Positions 36,561-48,179 of a stretch of 61,014 bases of DNA are shown in pieces. The stretch comes from Geosiphon pyriformis uo1 (taxonomy: Eukaryota > Fungi > Glomeromycota). Position numbers and translations under genes: made by a program. Where the stretch lies: contig JAAOMT010000404.1 in assembly GCA_016748015.1 (NCBI GenBank), positions 4,396-65,409 on the forward strand, in the 5' to 3' direction. Below the pieces are notes generated by a model. It made no database searches. It was not told the origin of the DNA and worked only from the letters and a program-made list of their open reading frames with translations. Within the stretch, counting starts at the first letter, position 1; the number at the start of each line of letters is the position of its first letter.

Positions 36561-39500
36561 TCAAGTTAATCATGTGACAGCCTAATAAATATCCTTTAAG
36601 AAGTTAGAAATATATTGTATTGTGTATAGTTTTGTTTATCTTGAGTTGGGTACATTACCATTTATAATTAGCATTTTTAAAACATGATATATTAAGTTTA
36701 GATCCGAATCTCCATTCTGCATGATTATGTTTGGATTATGAAAAGCATTCAACATGGATTTATTTGCCCCAAAAAAGTTGATTTTTAATACATCTTTAAA
36801 ATTATCAGTCAAATTTTTGCTTACTAATACTAAATATTGGTCGAATAATGAATATGATTGTTAGTATGGAGCTCTTTTTTAATTGTGGATGCCAAAGTTG
36901 GTGTAAAAATGTATTTATTGGGTATATATCAGAATGCTTATGCTCTGAGTTTTATTACTGGTCACTTTTTTTCCCAGTTGATTTGCTTGAGCAATATCCC
37001 ATTAACAAATTTGTTCCCAGAAGATTTCATTGGGCCATTATTCTTGCTTGTAGGTCTGTTAATTCCTTCTCTTAATACAGAAAAAAAGTAATCTTGTTAA
37101 CCAAAGTTTGATCCAGAGTAACTTCATTGATACTCGTAACAATAGCCTCTGAAACACCACCAGTCTCCAAAGCATCAAAAGCAGCAGTACTGTACTATAT
37201 GTCAACTATTATTAAAACTTTCATAATACTCACAAACAACAAACCAGATATAATAGTTCTATCATTGTTTTCTGATGGCGGTGGCAGCTTATAAAGAAGA
37301 AGAGTAATATTTGAGAAATTATGTTTAGTGTTTTACAATTGTTTTCAGAAACTTCTCTAATTTTTTTTACTACTATAAAAAGAATGATTTTCATTGACAA
37401 ATCAGGAAATCTCCTTGACTGTATATGTCCAATTAAATATGAGATGACATCTGATGTTTATATCTAATATCATATAATTATAGTATGACTATAGAGAGTG
37501 GAAATTACTTATATTTTGCTATTATATTTGTGGAAATAAGGACTATAAGGAGATATATATAATAAAAGTAACTATAAGTAGATAATATTATATATAAATA
37601 GTTTTGGTTTTTAAAAAAATGTGATTATAAAAAGATAGTGATTATAACCAAAAAGACTATAGAGAGAGTTCACTGTAGTTTTATTATTAATAAATATATT
37701 GTATTAATTAAATTAAGATAGAAATTTTTTAAATATAATATCAAAATATAATATTAAATTAAAACAATTATTAAGTATAAATTTTAAAAATTTATTAAAA
37801 TTAGTATTAAATATAACTGTTTTATAAAGCAAATATTTTTATAATATTAGATAGTTAAATATAAAATAGTATAATTTTAATTAACTTAAGTAACTAATTA
37901 TATATAGAAAAAATATAAATTATATTTAAGAAATAAAAAAATTTTAATAAATATGTTTTTAATAATTAATTTGGTTTATTTAAATTTTTTAAACACAAAT
38001 ACTAAAAACTTTTTTCTTTTGCTTATTTCAAATATCTCAAAGAGTTATTTTTAAAAAAAGTTTTAAATTAAAAAAAAACTTGTATTATTAATTAATATTT
38101 AGTTATATATATAAAAACCAAATATATTATAGTGTATTTTGAATCAAAAAAAACATAATGTTAGTTTTAACTGTATTTTTAGTTTTTAAAAACTTTATAT
38201 TAAATAAACTAAGTTAGATTTGTTTTTTTGTTTTATGTATAAGAAATTTAATTATGTTTTTTTTTGTATATGTTTAATATATTATTAGTTTTTAAGACTA
38301 AATCTAGTTTTTATTTTTCAAAATTTAATAAATATAGACTTATAATTAACTATGTCAAAAAAACTGTCTTAATTGCTTGTTTAATTTTTTTTGACAGACT
38401 GTTATAAATTTTAAATTATTGGTTATAATATTTCTGATTTTTTTNNNNNNNNNNNNNNNNNNNNNNNNNNNNNNNNNNNNNNNNNNNNNNNNNNNNNNNN
38501 NNNNNNNNNNNNNNNNNNNNNNNNNNNNNNNNNNNNNNNNNNNNNNNNNNNNNNNNNNNNNNNNNNNNNNNNNNNNNNNNNNNNNNNNNNNNNNNNNNNN
38601 NNNNNNNNNNNNNNNNNNNNNATTATTTTAATAAAAATTTTTTTTAATAATAATATATTAAATAAGTTTTAGCTAAATATTCAACTAAAAACTAATTTCA
38701 AAAATCTTGAAATTCTAAGTTAAGCTGTTTTTTAACTAAAAAACAAATAAAACAAAATAAAAAAAATAAGTTTAATATATATTAAATTATTTAATAATAT
38801 GTTATAAAATAATCTTGGTTTTTTTGTGCTAAAAAAAATAATTATCTATTGTTATTAAAAAAATTTTATTATTTTTTTTTGTTATTATTAATGCTATTTT
38901 GCTGTTAATTTTGTTGTTAATAAAAACTAATAAATTTTTAATAAGCTAATTTTTTTTTTAAAGTATCTTTTTATATTTTAAACAGTAAATATTAATAGAA
39001 CTTATAATAGAATAACCAATTTTATGTTAATTATTTTGTTTAGTTACTTTGCAATAAAAATTAAAAAAATAAAGAAAAAAAAATTATATGTTCAAGAAAA
39101 TTGGTTTTAGTTTAAACTTGAAAGTATTAACAGTGTTACAAATAATTATTTGGAGTCTCAAGTCAAATAACAAATCTGTAACTTGGTGCTTAGTTGGTAC
39201 TCGGGTGTTGATATCTGAAGATTTTGGTTGTGGAGTTTTTTGTATAATAGACAGAGATTTAATAGTTTGTTTTTAGTAGCCTCCCAGAATTGCAATTTCA
39301 TCAAATTTTTTTCTCAGCATGGTGGCTGGTAATCCTCCTGGTAAGCTATCCTCAAATCTATGAGTGTTCTACTCTTGTTTCACGAGTCTTTTACCAGTCC
39401 CTATGATGTCTGTATCTTAGTGCTTAATCCTTAATCAATTTAGTAAAACCAAAGAAATAACAAAAAAGAAATAAAAGAAAATAAAAGAAATAAACAAAAA

Positions 39501-40682
39501 CAATTACAAGTTAGTATTCTATCAATAGCCATAATCAAGAGCTATTGTTCTAGCATGGTTAAATATTAATTACTATCAACATGAAGTGTTAATAGTGGAG
39601 AGTGGATTTGGATGGTAAATGATTTATTTATTTAATATTTGTAGATGAAAGATTTTTAACTCTAGGATTCTGCCCTTTCTATTTCTAATGCTATTGCTAT
39701 TGTTACCAGATGAAATTAGAGATATTATTTAGCATAAAATTATCTTATAAATCCTATCATTAATTAGCATATATTATCGTTTCAAATTATCACTTATTAC
39801 ATTAGCAAAATGTCCAAAATTATCATTTAATTAATAACCCAATTTGTACACAACACAAATGTAACCTAATTGCGATGATCAAATCATGCAATACCCCGAA
39901 CTAATGAACATTCAAAAGTTTGCCGAAATTTGTAGAAATTTGTAGAAATAATTGATAGTTTACTGAAATATCTAATAGTTCGCAAAAATAACTTGTAGTT
40001 TGCCAAAATATATCTTTAGTTCAGCGAAATTGTAGAAAATAGCAAAGTTCAAGTTCATAGAATAGTGTTACAACAAATTGTATAAAAGAAGAACATCTCT
40101 CTTTGAGAAAATGTATCTTACTTTAGATTTATCACTTAGAACCATTCCTATACACACAAAAAAAAAAAATATTAAATAATTTGAAAAACCAAATTCTTTA
40201 AATTATTGTACTTGGAAAATCCTTAAAACCCAACTAACATTTTGAAATTGATTAGCTACCAATTTCAGTAAACTGTTAGTGACTCCAGGCCTGAATAGAA
40301 AACGTTTCCCTTGATAAAATCCTATTTCTTTTACATTTTTTTTATTTTTATTTTTCTTTTCTTATTACAATCATTAAGGTAGCCTACAGACGAGATTTCT
40401 GTAGAAGAGTTGACTTTCACAGCAAAGTAACTACACATTTTTAGTGAGCTTCCAGATAAGCAATTCCTGGGAAAAAGTTGACATTTACTACAATATAACT
40501 ACATAAAGCAACTGGCATGGAATTGGCCATTCCACTCATAAGCCCAGCAAGTTCAAATTATAAGAGATAATTTGAAGATAAATTCAGTTACTAGAGGTCC
40601 AACTACTTCCTGGAAACGTGAATTCACAACAAATCAACATTAACAACATTTAAGAAAAGAGACCAAAAACCTCCGGTAACAT

Positions 40683-42191
40683 TTGGTGCTCTCTCATAAA
40701 AATAACACAGCAACAAAATTCAAAGTGGTGACCACACCAGATGCAACAATCCTAGAGTATTACCAATCAATTTACACCCACTGCAAGCAAAGATTCAACA
40801 TTCCAGACGGAATTGAAGTTGTCAAGAAATCAGTATACCAATACATTGAAAACTGCATCAACAATTATCTTTTTGGAAATTACAATATCTCAGAAGTTAG
40901 AAGCAATCTTTACAATAATTTAGCACACTATTTACAGTTGGAAACTGAAAACCTTAACAGCAAAACACTTGCCACTTACTTTCACGAACTTAATTTTAAC
41001 ATTATCAAATACTGTGAAGAAACATATCTAGTGCAGTCTCAATACACTATTGATTTTGAATCGGAAACAGAAACAAGCAACAAAGGCAAAAACAGATTAA
41101 AGCAATACTCAAAAACCAACCCAAATACTTCAACACTACCAAAAACAACTGCCAAACATTTACAAACACCTGAACAAGAAACCAGTTCAAAACTTCCACT
41201 TATTATCACACCTTTTCCAGCTTTACTTGCACAAGCACAAACGCCTAATTCACCTTTGAATCAATTTACAAGATCAGAAGATTTTACATCACTCAGAAGT
41301 CCCATTAGACAACAAAAACCTCTTCAAACTAGTTCCAATCTCCTTGACTTTCTAGCTGAAAATCAAAGTGAACACTCTGAGACAGCAGCAAACAAAGAAA
41401 ACAAACCTGAAATATCTGAAGAAGAATCAATAAACAGTGAACATGAAGAAAACAAAATGACAACATACATCACAAAAATCTCTGAATTTAATGGAGAAGA
41501 CATTGAGACCAGTCCTCAAGAATGGCTCGACCAAGTTACTAAAGCTGGAGATGCAAATGGATGGAATGCTGCCAGAATGTTAAGAACAATTCCCTACTTT
41601 TTCAAAGAAACAGCAGGAGAATGGTTTGAAAACCTGGCCACCCCATTCAATGATTGGAACGCTTTCAAAGCAGCCTTCCTTGAACAGTTCACCAACAATA
41701 ATACCTCTATCACCCTTCACAATCATTTTCGAAATATTAAACAAAAACCCTCCGAATCTGTTATGATTTATATTGGGAAATTCAACAAACTTCTCAAACA
41801 AATTCGCCAACTTGAAACAAATGATTATTATTCTGATGCTCAAATCTTGGATCAATTTATCACTGGTCTAAAAGATAAACTAATTAAAAACATTCGCCTA
41901 CATGCACCAGAAGATTTAAACTCTGCCATACAGCATGCAAAAAAATACGAAATGACCATGGAAGAGGCCAATTGCACAAAACTTGTAAATTTGGCAATTG
42001 GAGAAACCAGCTCAGCAGCTGAGAAAAAAATTGACCAACTCACAAAGAAGGTTGAAAACTATTTCACCAATCAACAACAACAGCAACCCCAAAGATATCA
42101 CTCACCCCAAAGACAAAATCAAAATAACTTTGCACCATTTTCCAATAACCAGCCTCAAAATTGCCATTACTGTGGAATCTTTGGCCACTGA
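40683..42191 (+). CDS. gag: Gag of B' (longest open gag segment, 502 aa, no ATG at start)
   Basis: Gag core PQEWLDQV..WF..FKAAFLEQF; CHYCGIFGH knuckle at the end. Confidence 0.8.
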   Translation: MVLSHKNNTATKFKVVTTPDATILEYYQSIYTHCKQRFNIPDGIEVVKKSVYQYIENCINNYLFGNYNISEVRSNLYNNLAHYLQLETENLNSKTLATYFHELNFNIIKYCEETYLVQSQYTIDFESETETSNKGKNRLKQYSKTNPNTSTLPKTTAKHLQTPEQETSSKLPLIITPFPALLAQAQTPNSPLNQFTRSEDFTSLRSPIRQQKPLQTSSNLLDFLAENQSEHSETAANKENKPEISEEESINSEHEENKMTTYITKISEFNGEDIETSPQEWLDQVTKAGDANGWNAARMLRTIPYFFKETAGEWFENLATPFNDWNAFKAAFLEQFTNNNTSITLHNHFRNIKQKPSESVMIYIGKFNKLLKQIRQLETNDYYSDAQILDQFITGLKDKLIKNIRLHAPEDLNSAIQHAKKYEMTMEEANCTKLVNLAIGETSSAAEKKIDQLTKKVENYFTNQQQQQPQRYHSPQRQNQNNFAPFSNNQPQNCHYCGIFGH

Positions 42192-42760
42192 AAAAAAGAT
42201 TGCAGAAAGCTACAATAAGACCAACAAAATAGGAGTAATCAATGTTATCCTCCACCACGGCAATCTTATTATCAACCACCACCACCAGCTTACTATCCAC
42301 CAAGACCCCAATACCAAAATAACTATTATTAGCCCGCCCCACAGCCAATCCAACAGCAATACCAACAACCATCTACACAACATTATCAAGTATCTGCTCA
42401 AAGACTGATTACACAAAATTAATTCACACCATAAAACCAATACCAAGTAAACAACAATAGAATCAGTTCGAACAACCAATTGGTTTCCTGAAATTCCACT
42501 CAACCAAGACCCAACTACTATCACACTCAACCCAGTTATTTAACAATGCCAGAAGAACAGGATTTTCACTATACTGCACCCTCGGAAGGTAGAGCTGCAG
42601 CACAACAACAAAACCCTTCCTATACTCCCATCATAATCCCACCAGCCAGAATCACTGAAAACGCCAACCTTTCAGATATATTTTCTTTTGAGTTTGAAGC
42701 AAATAAGTCACCATTCCTGCTTAGCAAGCAGCCGCCAATAAACAAAAAGCAATCACAGCT

Positions 42761-45660
42761 ATGTACACTGAAGCAGAAGTCGAAGGAAAGACAATTTGCT
42801 TGATCCTAGACAGTAAATCTGCCAGAAGTATTATCACCTACCAGTTAATGCAACAGTTAAAGAGAAATGTCGACCGACCAGCTCAAACAGTAATTGTCAC
42901 TGCCAATGGCATGAAAAAGACCCCAGTAGGAGAAATTGACAATTTTCCGTTTACTCTTGATGGAATTACCATTCCAGTCAAAGTTCTTGTAATGAACGCA
43001 CCCCAGTACCAAGCTCTCGTCAGAAATGATTGGCTTCAAAAAGCCAATGCTAATGTGAATTGGGAAACACAAGAGTTAATAATCTCCTACCAAAGACAAC
43101 ACGCCTGGATACCTGCCACTTGCGGTATATTCAACAAATGCTCTGGAAAAACCCCGGCTTTTGAATTCAAACCGGAAGAGAAAAAACCTCTTATTGAAAC
43201 ATTCATGGCTCTTGGATCAATATCCAACTGGGCCGATGAAACAGAACAAGAACATTTTACCCCACACACTGAACCCGAAACCTCTGGATGGAATATTCCT
43301 TACTCAAAACCTGAACCAAGGAAACAACGCCCTTATATTTCCCTTAAATGTAAGGACTGCCACAAGAAACTATCGTCAATGGGAGCCTGCATTTCACCTG
43401 AAGAAAAATATGAGAATCATACTTGTTATTACTGCAAGGCTTGCCACAGAGAATGATAGGGCCATCTAATAAAAAGGAGCAGAAAATGAGATAACACCTC
43501 TTGTTTGACTTGTGGAGATATGCTACTGGAAGAATACAATTGGATTGATGTAGCCATGAGAGAAGGAGTCTGCAATCAGACCTGCCAATATGCTTTATTA
43601 ATTTCAGAAAAAGTAAAAAGAAAAACACCCTTTAATGTAGCATATAACAGTGCTCTCAACAAACTTTATCACTACCCCCATAATGCCAAGATGATTTTTG
43701 ACCTAGCAATAGCATTAATTAATGGAGCTACCAAAAAAGATGTTTGTCAAATGAAGAAGGTAGAATACATTGAATATATCATAGAATTAGCTGGATTTGA
43801 TTATGAAGACGAAGTAGAAGTCTACCACCAAATTGCAAGTCACACCTACCCAACCCAAGAAGCTTAAATTCAATGATTAGAGCAAATGAACATTAGGCTA
43901 TGTGAAGAATGCATTATGCCTTGTAATGAACAATGGTGTCCTGAATGTTATGCTCTTAGTATTCTCTTGCCCAGCAAAAATGATGAGAACAAAATTGAAT
44001 TTGGAGAACCTGAAGCAATGGAAGAAATTGAAACAACACCCATCTACCTTATTGAAAATCAGCCTGCCTTACAATTTAAATACTTCAACAACAATGGACA
44101 AGGAATAAAACCCGAAAAAGCACACGAAATTGATGCTGAATATGACTTAAGATATTCAGACAAGGATACTTTTGTTTTCAAACCCAAATCTTTCACAAAA
44201 ATCAACCTCAAAATTGCACTCAAAATCCCGCTAGAAGCAATGGTTCAAATCACCTTCCGATCCTCTCTGGCAAGTAAAAAAATCAATGTCAGAGGAGGAA
44301 TAATCAATGCTGGATATACTGGAGACATTACAGTGATGCTTCAAAATGAAACTGACAAACCATTCAAGATCGAACATGCTAAAAAAATTGTCCAAGCTAT
44401 TTACCTACCCCTAATCAACATTTTGGGTTTGCAACTAGTCAATCAAAGAGAACAATTAGGAAAAAATGATAGAGAAACCCAAGGTTTTGGTTCAACTGGA
44501 TGATTCACAGTTCCAGTTAATATAGCTCTTAACACACAGAACAAATCCCACCAGATTCTCAGACTTCCACAACCAATTACCATCTCACCCTTTGGAGAAC
44601 ATCCGGAAATCTACACCTGCCCAAAGCCAACAACCACACAACAAATTTTTGAGTCTAATAAACAAATCTGCTTGGAACATAATATTTCAATTCCAAACAT
44701 TTATATTCCAGAAGGAACAAAGAAAGTCCAAGTTACTTTTTACAACCCCAATAATTACCCCATAATTTTATTAAATAATTTAGAAATTGGAGTTATTCAC
44801 AGTAATATATTTCAACAAGAATTACCCCAAACAGTTCCTGATTTCTCTGAAATTATTGAACATTCACTACCAAAAATCAACCCAAATCCCAGCTCCAAAA
44901 ACTACTATGTTGTCATAGAAAAACTATCTCGAATCAACATGGGACAACTTGAACCACAACAACAGACCCAGTTCAAAGAGTTAATTGCAGAATTTGCCAA
45001 TATCTTCACTGAAAACAACAATGACTTAGAAAGAACCAATTTGGTCCAACACCAAATTTATACAGGAGATGCAAACCAAGAAGACAACAAGCATATTGAG
45101 TTGCTCCAGAAAGCCACCAATTCATCCAAGAAGAAGTACAATGAATGCTTAACAATAGGCTCATCCAACCTTCCATGAGTCCTTGGACTTCATCTGTAGT
45201 GCTAGTTAAAAAGAAAAATGGAAAGATCTGATTTTGTGTTGATTATCGACAACTCAACAGTATTACAATTGGAGATGCCTACTCCCTTTCCCAGATTAAT
45301 GACATGTTAGATGCCCTTGGAAAATCCAAATACTTTTCAATACTAGATTTAGAAAGTGGTTACTGGCAAGTTGCTATGGATCCCAAAGATCGCCCCAAAA
45401 CAGCATTCACCACCCAAAGTGGAAATTACGAGTTCAATGTAATGCTTTTTGGATTATGCAATGGACCAGCAATGTTTCAGAGATTAATGGATGTTGTGTA
45501 CCAAGGACTTCTTTGGAAGTCAGTAGTCGTTTATCTTGATGATACTGATGTTTATTCTCCATTATTCGAATTACACTTAAAACATCTGTGAGAAGTTTTT
45601 CAACAATTACAAAAAGCAGGACTAAAACTCAACATCAAAAAATGCTACTTTGGAAAAACA
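42761..45660 (+). pseudogene. pol: pol of B': PR, CxxC domain, dUTPase (~44110-44500), RT
   Basis: LILDS, CKDC..CKAC, DAEYDLRY/RSSLA/GGIINAGYTG/RETQGFGSTG, VYLDD. Confidence 0.9.
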
Positions 45661-45663
45661 AGC

Positions 45664-46206
45664 TTGGTCTTCCTTGGACATATCATTAGTAAAGATGGAA
45701 TCAAACTGGACCCTGGAAAAATCAGTGTTGTCAAAAACTTCAAAACTCCAAAAAACACTACAGAACTAAGAGGATTTATAGGATTAGCATCCTACTATTG
45801 GAAGTTTATCAAAGGATTCTCAGAAATTGCAAAACCCCTCAACCAGCTCACCACCAAAAACGTTGAATACAAATGGACTACCAAACACCAAAAAGCTTTT
45901 GGAATTCTCAAGGAAAAACTGACAACAGCTGGACCAACAAACAGTCGCTACAAGCTCAGAGCTGCTCTTAGACTTTATGACCTATTCCACACCTGTGAAA
46001 ATGTCCTACAAAACCCAATTTTACGACCTTTGAAGATTCAATACATTGGAAAGCTTACAAAACTGAAATTTCAACAATTTTCAGACCAAATTTCTTCAAT
46101 AATTTTGGATTACTATCTGGAAATTACAGACAGTACTTGGACTTTGATGGAGCTCAGTCTTGAGGAGGAGGTTATGTTACCAGATAAAATTAGAGATATT
46201 ATTTAG
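45664..46206 (+). CDS. In-frame fusion of RT thumb/connection to ORF3 C-terminus
   Basis: ...KEKLTTA|GPTNSRYKLRAALRLYDLF...; junction at 45921-45930. Confidence 0.75.
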   Translation: MVFLGHIISKDGIKLDPGKISVVKNFKTPKNTTELRGFIGLASYYWKFIKGFSEIAKPLNQLTTKNVEYKWTTKHQKAFGILKEKLTTAGPTNSRYKLRAALRLYDLFHTCENVLQNPILRPLKIQYIGKLTKLKFQQFSDQISSIILDYYLEITDSTWTLMELSLEEEVMLPDKIRDII

Positions 46207-47489
46207 CATAAAATTATCTTATAAATCTTATCATTAATTAACATATATTATTGTTTCAAATTATCACTTATTACATTAGCAAAATATCCAAAATTATCAT
46301 TTAATTAATAACCCAATTTGTATATAACACAAATGTAACCTAATTGTAATGATCAAATCATGCAATACTCCGAACTATGTAATATTTAAAAGTTCACCGA
46401 AATTTGTAGAAATTCGCTGAAATAATTGATAGTTCACCGAAATATCTAATAGTTCGCAGAAATAACTTGTAGTTCACTGAAATGTATCTTTAGTTCAGTG
46501 AAATTGTAGAAAATAGCAAAGTTCAAGTTCATAGAATAGTGTTATAACAAGTTGTATAAAAGAAAAACATCTCTCTTTGAGAAAATGTAAGATTTATCAC
46601 TTAGAACCATTCCTATACACACAAAAAAAAATAAATATCAAATAATTTGAAAAACCAAATTCTTTAAATTATTGCACTTGGAAAATCCTCAAAACCCAAC
46701 TAATGTTTTGAAATTGATTAGCTACCAATTTTAGTAAACTGTTAGTAACTCCAGGCCTGAATAGAAAACGTTTCCCTTGATAAAATCCTATTTCTTTTAT
46801 ATTTCTTTTATTTTTATTTTTCTTTTCTTATTACAATTATTAGGGTAGCCTACAGATGAGATTCTTGTAGAAGAGTTGACTTTCACAGCAAAGTAACTAC
46901 ATATTTTTAGTGAGCTTCTAGATGAGCAATTCCTGGGAAAGAGTTGACGTTTACTACAACATAACTACATAAAGCAACTGGTACAGAATTGGCCATTCTA
47001 CTCATAAGCCCAGCAAGTTCAAATTATAGGAGATAATTTGAAAATAAATTTAGTTACTGGAGGTCCAACTACTTCCTGGAAACGTGAATTCACAACAAAT
47101 CAACATTAACAACATTTAAAAAAAGAGACCAAAAACCTCCAGTAATACTATATATACATAATTGATGTTCTATGAGATTGCCCACATTTCTGAGCAATGT
47201 GCTATAATTTCTTAAGCAATGCTCACATTGGTGAGCAATGTGCCCTAATTTTTTCACATTGCTCTATATTGCTAAGCAATGTGTCATGTTTTTTGATATT
47301 GCTCCACATTGCTGAGCAATGTGCTATGTTTTCTGACATTGCTTCACATTGCTGAGCAATGTGCCATGTTTTTTGACATTGCTCTCTATTGCTGAAAAAT
47401 GTGCTTATGTGTTATATACTATTCATTTATTGGTCTACTATTTCTCTATATCTGTTTTTTTTCTATGAGTAACATTATTTCCTTCTTTT

Positions 47490-48124
47490 TAATATTGAGC
47501 TCTGTCAAAATTTTCATTTTGAATTAGCTCCAATACTTTTTTTTCTAGTATTGTTTATTTGACTTTATTTTTCACGTCTTCTACTTGTATATTGTTCATT
47601 CTTTCCCATTGATTAATGGTTACGGTTTCCATGTTAGAGTGTAACAGTATTTTTGGATAGTTCTGAAATATGTTGTGCAGTCAATAAATTGTTCTCATAT
47701 GTAGTGTCAAGTTTGTTTTTTTCCCAATAAATTCTTCAATTTGCTGTATTATGTTTTGGTTAAATATTCTCTTGGATTTGTCAATATACAATTCTTGAAT
47801 ATTCAACTTTCGACTTAACTGATAGTAACAATATAATATTGGAAGTTGTTTTGTCCATTGCTTCCAATTCTCTTTTGTAAGTTTTTCTGTTGGTGCTATA
47901 ATAGGTATTTTCCCAAAAGTGTTTTTTACTTTTTCTATTATGTTATCTGACCAGTTTTTATTATTTTTTGGTGGTCACTGATATGGTGTGTTCTTTGTCT
48001 TTCTTTAGGTGTTTTGATAGCAAATTATTTGTTTGTTAATAACAATTTCTATGTCTAACTGTTGTTTACTTAAGGCCTGAAACAATTGTTAAGCTATAGT
48101 GTGAATATAATCTGATATTTTCAT
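47490..48124 (-). pseudogene. ORF3 of A'
   Basis: Mirror of 18717-19350. Confidence 0.65.
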
Positions 48125-48179
48125 TTTTCTTGATTGCTTTTGTCACATATACTGTGTCTTTATATATTCTTTTGGTTGT

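Larger units (their letters stand above)
33470..37675 (-). mobile_element. pogo/Tigger-like Tc1-mariner DNA transposon with cargo, 4.2 kb
   Basis: TIRs (C/T)AGTGAACTCTCT.TATA.T at both ends, TA TSDs (33468-33469, 37676-37677), subterminal TATAGTCAC-like repeats. Confidence 0.88.
39701..47147 (+). mobile_element. Gypsy element B' (family B), internally deleted (RH/IN lost)
   Basis: LTRs 39701-40681 and 46175-47147; perfect TSD CTAT; ~2.4 kb shorter than B. Confidence 0.95.

Noticed and set aside
21477-37675. 16-kb giant transposon with 2.5-kb TIRs (Polinton/Starship-like)
   Set aside because: The inverted homology continues far outside the TIRs, and no DNA polymerase, capsid or tyrosine recombinase is visible.
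20578-38631. ORFs made of X residues (20578-21180, 29827-30121, 31824-32447, 38419-38631)
   Set aside because: Artefacts of translating N-gaps.
47180-47405. CRISPR-like palindromic repeats
   Set aside because: No unique spacers and no cas genes; it is a tandem array inside an LTR.
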